Source: an uncultured Gammaproteobacteria bacterium
GTDB taxonomy: Bacteria > Patescibacteriota > Microgenomatia > PFEM01 > JAPLYW01
Length of the DNA stretch: 64,000 bases
Assembly (NCBI GenBank): GCA_965230945.1
Contig: OZ246397.1
Location: 88,029-152,028, forward strand
Direction: 5' to 3'
Positions 38,863-48,322 of this stretch are shown here, piece after piece. Position 1 is the stretch's first letter, and every line of letters starts with the position of its first letter. Under the pieces are notes generated by a model that had not been told where the DNA came from, ran no database searches, and saw nothing but the letters and a program-made list of their open reading frames with translations. The position numbers were made by a program, and so were the translations under genes.

Positions 38863-39946
38863 TTTTATATTCTGTGTATTCTCTTTCTATTGCCTTTTTA
38901 AAATTATCCTTAAAACTTTGCTTACTAAACTTCTTTGCGTTTTTTCGACAAACTCCTGGATTAAAATCCTTTGCCTTAAATACCTTTAATGTTTTTATTA
39001 AAGCTTGGCTTGTTTGTGGATAAAAGAAGGTGCCTGTCCTGCCTTCGACTACCGTTTCTAAAGCGCCACCGGCTTTAAAAGCGATGACCGGCTTTCCACA
39101 AGCTTGTGCTTCTAAAGGAACTAAACCAAAATCTTCTTCTTGCGGAAAGACAACCGCGCGACAATTTTGATAATAGCTTAATAGTTCATTATCTGTCAAT
39201 TGGCCTAAAAATTCAATATTTCTTTTGGCCATGATTTTTAACCTAGACATTTGGCTACCAATACCCACTATCTTTAAAGGCCAACCTAATTGATTAAAAG
39301 CCTTAATAGCCAAGTCAACCTTTTTATAGGCTACCAAACGAGAAACCATCAAAAAATAATCAGAGCTTCTTTTCTCTTTTATTATAAAAAACTTATTTAT
39401 ATCAAGCGGCGGATAAACTACTTTTGAAGATCGGTGGTAATATTTTTTTATTCTCTTTTGTACATTTTCGGAAATAGCCAGATAGAAATCCGGCCTTTGA
39501 CAAGCCACTTTATCCCAATTCCTAAGATATTTTAAAAGCGGTTTGCTTAAAAAACGCAATGGTTTATTTTTAAAATATTGATGATAACCGCTCCAAAGAT
39601 AACGAGTAGGGGTTAAACAGTAACAAAAATGTAAAGTTGAGGGGCGAGTGATAATTCCCTTGGCATAGGCACTGGTCACAGAAATAACGACATCAAAATC
39701 AGAAAAATCAAAGCCTTCAAAAGCCAAAGGTGTTAACCAAGGATAAAATTCATGATGTTTTGAAGCTAAAGGAAATTTATTTAAAAAGGAAGGAATCACT
39801 TGAAATTTTTTGGCCCACGGAGCGGTAGTAGAATTATAAACGGCAGTATAAAGCGGCGCTTCCGGCCAAATCTCATGAAGGGCCTCAAGCACTCTTTCCG
39901 CTCCACCAATTTTACTAACCCAATCATAAACTAAAGCAACTTTCAT
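38849..39946 (-). CDS. Family 4 glycosyltransferase (GT4)
   Basis: GT-B fold with a C-terminal E..G motif region. Confidence 0.7.
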   Translation of the reverse strand: MKVALVYDWVSKIGGAERVLEALHEIWPEAPLYTAVYNSTTAPWAKKFQVIPSFLNKFPLASKHHEFYPWLTPLAFEGFDFSDFDVVISVTSAYAKGIITRPSTLHFCYCLTPTRYLWSGYHQYFKNKPLRFLSKPLLKYLRNWDKVACQRPDFYLAISENVQKRIKKYYHRSSKVVYPPLDINKFFIIKEKRSSDYFLMVSRLVAYKKVDLAIKAFNQLGWPLKIVGIGSQMSRLKIMAKRNIEFLGQLTDNELLSYYQNCRAVVFPQEEDFGLVPLEAQACGKPVIAFKAGGALETVVEGRTGTFFYPQTSQALIKTLKVFKAKDFNPGVCRKNAKKFSKQSFKDNFKKAIEREYTEYKNGRR

Positions 39947-40124
39947 TATTCCTCTATTTTAACAGATTTTGGGAGGAGATTATTTTTTCTTTTTAGAAAC
40001 AAAGGGAACTAAATCTTCTTTACGTAGAAGCCGTGTTTCAGTAGCATTAAAAAACCCCGCACACAGCTTGCGCTCGCACAGGGGAGTTTAGTAGGGTAAT
40101 TTTACTATTATTGTAAAGTACTTG

Positions 40125-40172
40125 TCAAACCCAAATCTTATTCACTCGATCATAAACTAAGGCAATTTTCAT
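40125..40172 (-). pseudogene. Relic duplicate of the 5' end of the adjacent GT4 gene (15 codons then stop)
   Basis: ATGAAAATTGCCTTAGTTTATGATCG... (MKIALVYDRVNKIWV*) is near-identical to the start of the 38849..39946 gene (MKVALVYDWVSKIGG). It sits 1 nt after the stop of the upstream GT4 gene. Confidence 0.55.
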
Positions 40173-40173
40173 C

Positions 40174-41316
40174 TTAATTTATACTCTGGTAGACAGTTAT
40201 CGTTTCTTTAGCCATTTTCTGCCAAGAATATTGTCTAACTTTCTTAAAACCCTCCTTAATTAAATCCTCTTGTAATTCTTTATCGCTAACTGCTTTTTTA
40301 ATTTTTTCTGTCATATCTTGAACATCCAAAGGATTAAAATAAAAAGCGGCCTCACCATAGACTTCTGGCAAGCAAGAAGCATTTGAAGAAACCACTGGCA
40401 AGCCTATCGCCATCGCCTCTAATCCAGTCAAGCCAAAACCTTCTAAAAGAGATGGAAATACAAAGGCTTCGGCTTCTTGATAAAGAACATTTAGATCTTT
40501 ATCGGGGAGAAAACCAATTAAATTAACTAAATTTTCTGCCTTCATTTTTTTAACTTCTTTTTCAAAACGCTTAGCAAAAACACTTCTGGCACAAACAACT
40601 ATTAAAGATAGAGGGATTGATTTGTTAATTTCAACAATCGCCTGAGCTAAACGAGTGATGTTTTTATGAGGATAAAGGCTGCCGGTATAAACGACAAACG
40701 GCTTTTTAATCTTATATTTTTTAAGAAGCAATAAATTATCTTTGCTTATTCTTTTCTTAAGAAAAAACTTATCATCGACTCCTTCATAGGTAACAACCAG
40801 CTTTGAAGGTGACAGTTTATAAAACTTTATCAGTCTTTCTTTCCACCAATTGCTGGGCGTTATTACTTTGAAAGCTTTTTTAATGGCTGCATAAACTATA
40901 AAAAGATAAAAAAAATGTTTTAGCCAATAAAGAAAAACAGCGTGGGTAGTTGTTTTTATCCCCCTTGATTGATGCTTAATTAAATCATGAATAGTGACCA
41001 CATATTTTCCCCACCACAAAACTGGAACGTTAAAATGAGGAAAATGAGCTAAGTCCGGTTTTAGTTTAAATAATTGGAGTGGTAAAACAATTTGCTCTTT
41101 TAAGGAGTAATGAGGGTAATCAGCTAAAACTTTAATAAAATTCTTGCTTTTAAAATTTAAGGAATTAAAATATTTCTTTCTCAGGAGAAGATAATATCTA
41201 TCTTTATCTTTCTTTTGCAAAGATATTTTTTCGATCTGATTAATCAAATTGATAACGTAACGGCCAATTCCTGTGTGTTCTAGGCCATACATTCTGGCAT
41301 CAATAACAATTTTCAT
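40174..41316 (-). CDS. Family 4 glycosyltransferase (GT4)
   Basis: FPSLLEGFGLTGLEAMAIGLPVVSS. Confidence 0.8.
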   Translation of the reverse strand: MKIVIDARMYGLEHTGIGRYVINLINQIEKISLQKKDKDRYYLLLRKKYFNSLNFKSKNFIKVLADYPHYSLKEQIVLPLQLFKLKPDLAHFPHFNVPVLWWGKYVVTIHDLIKHQSRGIKTTTHAVFLYWLKHFFYLFIVYAAIKKAFKVITPSNWWKERLIKFYKLSPSKLVVTYEGVDDKFFLKKRISKDNLLLLKKYKIKKPFVVYTGSLYPHKNITRLAQAIVEINKSIPLSLIVVCARSVFAKRFEKEVKKMKAENLVNLIGFLPDKDLNVLYQEAEAFVFPSLLEGFGLTGLEAMAIGLPVVSSNASCLPEVYGEAAFYFNPLDVQDMTEKIKKAVSDKELQEDLIKEGFKKVRQYSWQKMAKETITVYQSIN

Positions 41317-41326
41317 TGGATTTTGA

Positions 41327-42268
41327 CTAACGTAATTTTAACAAACGAATCTTTTCTAACAAACAAATACCCAATAGTGTCAGTTTATAGATAAATCTGG
41401 GGTACTTATCTTGGTAGTGTTTTTTAAAGAAAATCCGCATAACTTCTATTGAAGCTTTGATGGCTTTTTCTTTTGTCTTTTTATCAGCACTACTAATTTC
41501 TTGACTATGTTTTTTAATTCCTGAAGCGGCCCCTTTGTAATGAATAATCTTCACCATTGGCACAAACATTATCTGCCAACCATCCTCTTTTAGACGATAA
41601 CAGAAATCTAGATCTTCTCCATACCAAAAATAATCCTCATCAAGCCAGTTAACCTCATTACCAGCCTTTTTTCTAACTATCAAAAAGGCGCCGCAACCAG
41701 AATCAATCTCATGGGTTCTACTTTTAGGCAAATAGCTTAAAGAATACCCTGAGAAGAGTTTTATCTTAGGAAAGAGTCTTTCTAAGCCAATAAAATAGCT
41801 AAAACTGTTCCAAACAGTAGGAAAACCCCGATGACAAGCTTGGTCAAGCGAACCATCGGCAAGTTCTATTTTGCAGGTAGCTGCGCCTACTCGCTGATTC
41901 TTGTCCATAAAATCTATCATTACCTCTAAGGTATTGTTTTGCATAATAGTATCTGGATTCAAAAGCAAGATATAACGACCATTGGCTTTTTTAATGCCGA
42001 TATTGTTAGCTTTGGCAAAACCCAAGTTCTTTTTATTTTTAATTAATAAAACTTCAGGAAATTCTTTTTCAACCATCTCTGTCGAAGTGTCTTGAGAAGC
42101 ATTATCAACAACAATAATTTCAAAACTATATTTTGTTTCACTTTTCTTAACTGAATTTAAGGACTGTTTTAAAAGCTTCTCTGTATTAAAACTGACAATA
42201 ATAATACTCAGGTCTATCTTTTTATTCATTAATTGTTTTTTTATAAATTTGACTAAGGGTTTTGGCAA
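41327..42268 (-). CDS. Family 2 glycosyltransferase (GT2)
   Basis: LSIIIVSFNTEKLL...IIVVDNASQD. Confidence 0.8.
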   Translation of the reverse strand: MPKPLVKFIKKQLMNKKIDLSIIIVSFNTEKLLKQSLNSVKKSETKYSFEIIVVDNASQDTSTEMVEKEFPEVLLIKNKKNLGFAKANNIGIKKANGRYILLLNPDTIMQNNTLEVMIDFMDKNQRVGAATCKIELADGSLDQACHRGFPTVWNSFSYFIGLERLFPKIKLFSGYSLSYLPKSRTHEIDSGCGAFLIVRKKAGNEVNWLDEDYFWYGEDLDFCYRLKEDGWQIMFVPMVKIIHYKGAASGIKKHSQEISSADKKTKEKAIKASIEVMRIFFKKHYQDKYPRFIYKLTLLGICLLEKIRLLKLR

Positions 42269-43424
42269 TTGCTTGATAGCTATATTTTCTTTCTACCAAT
42301 TGCCTGGCTGATTCAGCCATCTTTTGATAAAGTTTTTTATCTTTAAGTAAGCCAATAACCGCCTCTGCCAAATCCTGGTTTTTCTCTTTTACTATAACAT
42401 CAACTCCATTTTTGGCATCGATCCCCTCTATGCCTACTGGAGTAGTCACCACCGGCACCCCGGCCGCCATAGCTCCTAAGATTTTCAGCCTTGTCCCACC
42501 TGGCCCTTCAATAGGAGCCAAAAACAATTTTGCTTGTCGGTAAGCTTTCTTAACACCTTCAATATCATCATTTCCCAAATCGATTACTTCAACATCCTCT
42601 CCTTTAATACCCTTTAATTTCTCATCAGCCTTTTGTCCCACAATCCTACAAACTGCTTTAGGAAAAACTTTTTTAATTAAAGGAAAAACTTCTTTCGTTA
42701 ACCTTAAAGCGGCTTCAATATTTTGCAACCATAAAAAGTTAGCTTGAAAAAGAATATTAATCTCTTGGCTTTCTTCTTTATTCTCCCAAATAGAAAGAAG
42801 GTCTTCGCCGGCCCCATTAGGAACTACTTCTACCTTAAGTCCAGGAACTAAAGAAATCATTTTTTGCTTATCTGACTGAGAAACAGCAATAACCTTATTG
42901 GCTCTTTTCCAAAACCTTGCTTCCCAAAATTTTAGTTTTAAAACATCAAGGTATAAAAAGGGCTTTAGCGGCCAAAACCAAAAATTATTAACAAAATGCT
43001 GATAAACTTGGTACTCTATCGTCTGATCAGTTAAAACCACAGGAATTTTTGTTTTCGGTAAATGGGGCATAACATAAAAGGTTTCTGCATGGATTAAATC
43101 ATAGTCCGTTTCTTTTAATTTTCTTTCTATGGCCATTTTTTCTTCAGGAGAAAGATTTCTTACCACCAAAAAAGGGTAAAAACCAAAAACTGTTCGTAGA
43201 ATATTCCTCAATGTCCAGGGTTTTTCCGGCCTTCTAAAAACATTAATCTCTTGACAAAACCCCTTCAAATTATTGATGTATTTTTTCTCTTCATCGTATT
43301 TGATTAAAGAAAAAAGGGTAATCTTATGATACTTAGCCAAATTTTTAATGAGATTATAAGATCTTACCTGTCCACCTGAGGAAGGCGGGTAAGGCAAATA
43401 TGGAGTCAACATTAAAATCTTCAT
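42222..43424 (-). CDS. Family 4 glycosyltransferase (GT4)
   Basis: MKILMLTPYLPYPPSSGGQVRSYNL. Confidence 0.8.
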   Translation of the reverse strand: MKILMLTPYLPYPPSSGGQVRSYNLIKNLAKYHKITLFSLIKYDEEKKYINNLKGFCQEINVFRRPEKPWTLRNILRTVFGFYPFLVVRNLSPEEKMAIERKLKETDYDLIHAETFYVMPHLPKTKIPVVLTDQTIEYQVYQHFVNNFWFWPLKPFLYLDVLKLKFWEARFWKRANKVIAVSQSDKQKMISLVPGLKVEVVPNGAGEDLLSIWENKEESQEINILFQANFLWLQNIEAALRLTKEVFPLIKKVFPKAVCRIVGQKADEKLKGIKGEDVEVIDLGNDDIEGVKKAYRQAKLFLAPIEGPGGTRLKILGAMAAGVPVVTTPVGIEGIDAKNGVDVIVKEKNQDLAEAVIGLLKDKKLYQKMAESARQLVERKYSYQAIAKTLSQIYKKTINE

Positions 43425-44869
43425 AAAGTAAAGATTATATATTGATCAGTCCTTTTAAGGACAGAGTAATTTTGGAGCATATATTGGCCAAATTCTGAAC
43501 TTTCATCAAACTTGGTCGTCACGTAAATACTACCCCCCATCTCTTTTACTCTTTGGATAGTCTCTTTACTATTGGGAAAATAAGAAGCATAGCCGCCGGT
43601 CCAACCATAGCGATTGGTATTATAAAGCAGGGTTGCATCATTGGAATCACCAGTTAAGACCAAGGCATTTTTGTCAGTCAGCTCATCAACAGCCCTGCTA
43701 GCTAGATCTACACCCCCTTGGATGAGATAAAAACCTTTCACCTCAAACAAAGAAAAACCAAGCATAAAAACAACACAAACTAGCAATAACAAATAACTAA
43801 AGAAACGCGAAAAATACTGTCTGGGTGCAGTTAAAAGCCACCAACTCCCCTTAGCTAAAAAGATGGCCGCCAGGGGTATGAAAGGAATTTGATAATAATC
43901 ATGAGTGACGTTACCAGCGGCAAAAACACAGACATAAATCAAAAAAGATAAAAACCAAAAATGGAAAAACCAATTCTCTTTTTTGAAAGGCTTTAAAATC
44001 AAACCCAAAACAAACAAAGGCAAACCCCAATAACCTAAGATTAATTTACCTATTCTTTCTGCAAAAATCCAGCGGAAAAAAGCCGGACGGAAACGAATCC
44101 CTCCTTCGTTAAAAAGCCAGAGATTGGTCGGAATCCCTTCTGGGAAACGGGAAATCCAAAACCGCCAAGCCAGCAACGGCAAAAGGGATAAAAGAAGCAG
44201 CCAAAGTTTCTTCTCCCTGTAAAAACGCCAGCCATACCTTTGCCAAATCAAATAAGACATTGGCAGAATTAAAAACAAAGGGAAAGTTTTCATCAACAAC
44301 GCCCAGGCGATGAAAACCATGGCCCAGAAATAAATACCGTTCTTCTGCCTTTCAAGCCAAAGCCAAAAAAACCAAAGCATGCCTAGGGCAGCAAACAACA
44401 TCATCGGCTCCGGCATGATCACTCGCGAGTAAAAAACACTATAAGGCAGAACCGCCATAAACAAGGCCGACAATAATCCCACCCAGCGATTAACCAAACG
44501 ACTTGTCAGCAAAAACAGAAAAACCAAAGCGCCTAAGGAAAAAAGGATGGAAACCAAACGAGCCAGACTTTCTTTAACCCCGAACAAACGATAAAAACCC
44601 GCTACTACCGCTTGGTAAAAAGGCGGTTCGACAAAAAAGTAACGCTGTTCATTAAGGGTTCCTGGTCTTAAAGGAGCCATATTATCAATTCTAGGATGAA
44701 AAAAATCAAAACCCTCTTTGACAAAATTACGAGCTACGGCGGCCGTGTCTGCCTGACGCCAAGAATGATGATCAGCCAAAGGAATATTGATTTTATAAAG
44801 ACGCAAGCCAAAAGATAAAAGAATAATAATTGTTAATAATAAAGGAATGAGAATTTTTTTCTTAAACAT
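43421..44869 (-). CDS. GT-C fold membrane glycosyltransferase (ArnT / PMT_2 / GT39-83-like; uses a polyprenyl-phosphate-sugar donor)
   Basis: Polytopic; the N-terminal loop HSWRQADTAAVARNF is typical of ArnT-like GT-C enzymes. Confidence 0.7.
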   Translation of the reverse strand: MFKKKILIPLLLTIIILLSFGLRLYKINIPLADHHSWRQADTAAVARNFVKEGFDFFHPRIDNMAPLRPGTLNEQRYFFVEPPFYQAVVAGFYRLFGVKESLARLVSILFSLGALVFLFLLTSRLVNRWVGLLSALFMAVLPYSVFYSRVIMPEPMMLFAALGMLWFFWLWLERQKNGIYFWAMVFIAWALLMKTFPLFLILPMSYLIWQRYGWRFYREKKLWLLLLSLLPLLAWRFWISRFPEGIPTNLWLFNEGGIRFRPAFFRWIFAERIGKLILGYWGLPLFVLGLILKPFKKENWFFHFWFLSFLIYVCVFAAGNVTHDYYQIPFIPLAAIFLAKGSWWLLTAPRQYFSRFFSYLLLLVCVVFMLGFSLFEVKGFYLIQGGVDLASRAVDELTDKNALVLTGDSNDATLLYNTNRYGWTGGYASYFPNSKETIQRVKEMGGSIYVTTKFDESSEFGQYMLQNYSVLKRTDQYIIFTL

Positions 44870-46325
44870 TTTTTCTGTTTTTTGCAGGTATACTAACCTT
44901 CATTATACCAACCAAAATACCCATTAATATCCAAAAGATAAAAGCTATTTTTGAGGATTCAAAAACATCAATAAACACAGCATTGGCAAAGAAGCCTAAA
45001 GCCGCCCCGGAAATCCCTATTACCAAAACTTTAGCCAGGCCTTTTTTGACTACTTGACAAAAATAAACCGCCCTTCTGAAAATCTCCAAAAAGATTAAAA
45101 AGAAAGCAATAAATCCCAATAAGCCCACTTCTGCCAGTAAACGCAGGTAGTCATTATCAGTAGCTAAAGTTACTGAAGAATAGCCTGTCCCTAATAATGG
45201 ATTTTTAGTAAAAGCCCTTAAAGCTCTAGGCCATTCCACGTCAAACCTAATACCACTTGAATACTCCACTGCTAGTTCCGTTGTTGGCTGCCACTCCTCA
45301 ACCTCTGCTGCGGCCGTAGCCACTAAAGCAGGTGTTAGTGTCGGCGCAGTTGTCGACGTAGTTGTCGGCTTTACCACCTCAACTTCTTCAACTGGTGTAG
45401 GAACAAAAACTAGTTCAGGCATCTCTTTTTGTTTGGATATTTTTGACGAGAAGGGCATACTAATTTTTTCTAAATCCAGATTAAAGGTTAAAGCGTATCT
45501 TTTAGCAATATCATCGGAAAGAAACATGCCGACAAAACTTAAGATCAAAACGGGAATTAACCACCAATATTTCCTTAAAGCTAAAAAGACAAAAATAATG
45601 GCAATTAAGTAGGCAACAAAAGAGACCCTGGAGGCTGTTAGAATCAAGATATAAAAAGAGGTGATAGCCAATATTAGAATGGTTATTTTGGCCAATTTGT
45701 TTTTTAAGCCAAAAACAAAAGCTGCGGCCAGAGATAAAATTAAAACCATAAAGGCCGCCAAATCATAATGCCCGGCAAAGGTAGAACTAATTCTTGTCCA
45801 TTCAGTTAAGCGTAAAAGCATGCCCTTGGAAAACTCCTCATTCATAGTGGAAATAACCGGCCAGCTATAAAATTTTTGACCAATGCCATAAACAATTACT
45901 CCCAATGTCGATAGAAACAAAACCCAAGCATAGGTTTTGACATTCTCTAGACTTCTTATTGAAGCCAAAGCTATAAAAAACAAAGACATATATTCCACTC
46001 TTCTTATAAAATGAAGGAAGGCAATATGAGGAACGACATTCTTGGTAATCAAGAGAGCACTTAATAAAGACAGAAAACCAACAAACCAATAAAAAATAAT
46101 TAATTTGCCAACTTTATCTTTAAGGGTCGGGAAACCGCAGCGGATTTGATGGATAAGCCAAAAAAACAAAAAGAAAACCACCAAAAGATCCTCTATCCTA
46201 ATAGCCACATAGGTCCCTGGGATATTAAGTAAGGGAAATTTAGGATACAAAGGAATAAAAAGCAATAAGGTAATTATTCCTAAAGATAAAATATTAACCT
46301 CTGGTAATTTTAAGCGCCTGAGCAT
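44862..46325 (-). CDS. O-antigen ligase / Wzy_C-family polytopic protein with Thr/Pro/Ala-rich extracytoplasmic insert (candidate polymerase, ligase or PglL-like O-oligosaccharyltransferase)
   Basis: Multi-TM, TASRVSFVAYL (Wzy_C SR motif), and a T/P/A-rich stretch VVKPTTTSTTAPTLTPALVATAAAEVEE. Confidence 0.65.
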   Translation of the reverse strand: MLRRLKLPEVNILSLGIITLLLFIPLYPKFPLLNIPGTYVAIRIEDLLVVFFLFFWLIHQIRCGFPTLKDKVGKLIIFYWFVGFLSLLSALLITKNVVPHIAFLHFIRRVEYMSLFFIALASIRSLENVKTYAWVLFLSTLGVIVYGIGQKFYSWPVISTMNEEFSKGMLLRLTEWTRISSTFAGHYDLAAFMVLILSLAAAFVFGLKNKLAKITILILAITSFYILILTASRVSFVAYLIAIIFVFLALRKYWWLIPVLILSFVGMFLSDDIAKRYALTFNLDLEKISMPFSSKISKQKEMPELVFVPTPVEEVEVVKPTTTSTTAPTLTPALVATAAAEVEEWQPTTELAVEYSSGIRFDVEWPRALRAFTKNPLLGTGYSSVTLATDNDYLRLLAEVGLLGFIAFFLIFLEIFRRAVYFCQVVKKGLAKVLVIGISGAALGFFANAVFIDVFESSKIAFIFWILMGILVGIMKVSIPAKNRKNV

Positions 46326-47163
46326 AAGTCTCTTTAAGATAACTGTTGTCTAAAAGCAAGCCTAAAAGGTAAGCCCCGCCTGCCTTTAATTTTAACATTA
46401 ATTTTAAAATTGGCAGTTGCCAACGAGGACAATGCTTCTTATAAAAATAAATTAATCCTCTATAGATATTTAAAATCGGTTCTCTTCTGCCGCTCTTAGA
46501 ACTACCCCAACCTAAATGAATAATCTGAGCTTTGGGATAAAAAACTACTTTATAACCGGCTTTTTTAATTCTATAAGCCCATTCCACTTCATCCATATAC
46601 ATAAACAAGCCTTCATCCATAAAACCTGCCCTGCTTAAAATATCACGCTTAATCATCAAGGCCGCTCCCATAACCCAATCAACTTCTCTTGTCTTTTCAA
46701 AAGAGCTTCTCACTAAATCACCTAACCAGTGTTCGAAAAAAAGCATGATGGCGGCTATTTTTAGGCTAGGGAAAGGGCCGGCTGAAGGCTGTAAACTTCC
46801 ATCTTTATTTAAAAGTCGGCAACCTACCACCCCTACCTGAGGATGGTTTTTTAGATAATTAGCCATTAATAAAGGCGCTTTATCTTTAATAATAGTATCC
46901 GAATTTAAAAGGAGTAGATAATCTCCTTTGGCTTTTTTCATTCCCTGGTTATTGGCAGCTCCATAACCCAAGTTTTTTTTGTTTTTAATTAAAATAGTTT
47001 TGGGAAATTCCTCCTCAATCATTCTCATTGTTCCATCAGTTGAACCATTATCAACAATAATAACTTCCCAGTTAGAACCTAGACTCTTTAAACAATTCCT
47101 TAACAATCCCTTAGTATTCCAACTGGGGATAATAATAGAAATTTCTATCTTTTTGCTCGCCAT
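46294..47163 (-). CDS. Family 2 glycosyltransferase (GT2)
   Basis: ISIIIPSWNTKGLL...VIIVDNGSTDGT. Confidence 0.8.
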   Translation of the reverse strand: MASKKIEISIIIPSWNTKGLLRNCLKSLGSNWEVIIVDNGSTDGTMRMIEEEFPKTILIKNKKNLGYGAANNQGMKKAKGDYLLLLNSDTIIKDKAPLLMANYLKNHPQVGVVGCRLLNKDGSLQPSAGPFPSLKIAAIMLFFEHWLGDLVRSSFEKTREVDWVMGAALMIKRDILSRAGFMDEGLFMYMDEVEWAYRIKKAGYKVVFYPKAQIIHLGWGSSKSGRREPILNIYRGLIYFYKKHCPRWQLPILKLMLKLKAGGAYLLGLLLDNSYLKETYAQALKITRG

Positions 47164-47723
47164 GGAGAAACAATAATTGATTTAAAAATTAAACCTATTA
47201 AAACAAAGACAGCCATTATCCCTGTCCAGACTAAAAGCCTAACCCACCTAGGAGATACTACATGATAAAGAGTAATTTTAGTTGGATATTCTTTACCTTC
47301 AACCAAAAAAGAAGTAATGGGATTTTCTGAATGCCGAGCTAAATAAACCTTATCTTCTTTAGGTGTCCAGCCGCTGATAAAAAGTGATTCTTTAAGCGGA
47401 TGAACCAATTCTTCATAAAAGTTAGTCTTGAGGGTATCTTTAATTGTTTCTCGAGCATATTCTGGAGGATGATTTAAGATATAGGTAGGTAAGGGCAAAT
47501 TCAAAAACCAAGAACGAGAATAAGCCTCTTGATAAAAATCAATCGCCTCTCGCCTCGATAAATTAGTGTAATAAGCCCAAACACCAGGCATTTGGACAGT
47601 ATCCCCAGGCTCGGTTGATTTTAAAGCTCCTTTTAGATTGGGGATTACCGGTTCAGGAGTAATTAAATAAAAAACTCCTAAAAGATAAACTACAGTAATT
47701 AGGATTTTAAGCCATCTTTTCAT
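47145..47723 (-). CDS. Hypothetical small membrane protein (TM at both ends, about 150-aa extracytoplasmic loop)
   Basis: Hydrophobic N- and C-termini. Overlaps both neighbours, which supports a real gene. Confidence 0.5.
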   Translation of the reverse strand: MKRWLKILITVVYLLGVFYLITPEPVIPNLKGALKSTEPGDTVQMPGVWAYYTNLSRREAIDFYQEAYSRSWFLNLPLPTYILNHPPEYARETIKDTLKTNFYEELVHPLKESLFISGWTPKEDKVYLARHSENPITSFLVEGKEYPTKITLYHVVSPRWVRLLVWTGIMAVFVLIGLIFKSIIVSPWRAKR

Positions 47724-48322
47724 TGGAATAATCTTGCTCTACCAAGATAATACTGATAATCTTTAGTTCCCCTATCTTTAATTTCTCTAGCAGGAACACC
47801 ACCAACAATCTTGCCTGCGGCTACATCTTTACTAACAACCGCACCGGCGGCAACCACGGCACCTCTGCCAATTTTCACTCCGGGTAAGATAATGACTCTG
47901 GGGCCAATAAAAACATAATCCCCTATCTCAACCGGCTTTTCAATGGCTCTAAATTTTGGATCATGGACATCATGCTGAGAATTATAAATAAGAACTTGAG
48001 AAGCTAAGGCCGTATGATTACCAATTTTTAGATTAGCCCTGCCATCCAAAAAACAATGATCGCCGATAATCGTATCCTTGCCGATCTCAATATTTTTCGG
48101 CTGAAAGAAATTAGCCCACATATGAATTGCTGAACCTTGGCCTATCTTTATTCCTGAAAGAGAATAAATTAGGTTACGAAAAGTATGGCTAGGAATAAAG
48201 CCTGCCCAACGCAAAAGCATTAGCTTAAAATCTAAAAAACAACTAGCCGTTCTCTTAGTAATTTTACTGTAAGCTTCTTTATTGGTTAATTTTTTACCTT
48301 CTTTATCTTCAAAAAAACTCAT
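47720..48322 (-). CDS. Hexapeptide-repeat (LbH) sugar O-acyl/acetyltransferase
   Basis: Repeated [LIV]GxxxxI hexapeptides: IGDHCFLDGRANLKIGNHTALASQVLIY...IGDYVFIGPRVIILPGVKIGRGAVVAAGAVV. Confidence 0.8.
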   Translation of the reverse strand: MSFFEDKEGKKLTNKEAYSKITKRTASCFLDFKLMLLRWAGFIPSHTFRNLIYSLSGIKIGQGSAIHMWANFFQPKNIEIGKDTIIGDHCFLDGRANLKIGNHTALASQVLIYNSQHDVHDPKFRAIEKPVEIGDYVFIGPRVIILPGVKIGRGAVVAAGAVVSKDVAAGKIVGGVPAREIKDRGTKDYQYYLGRARLFQ

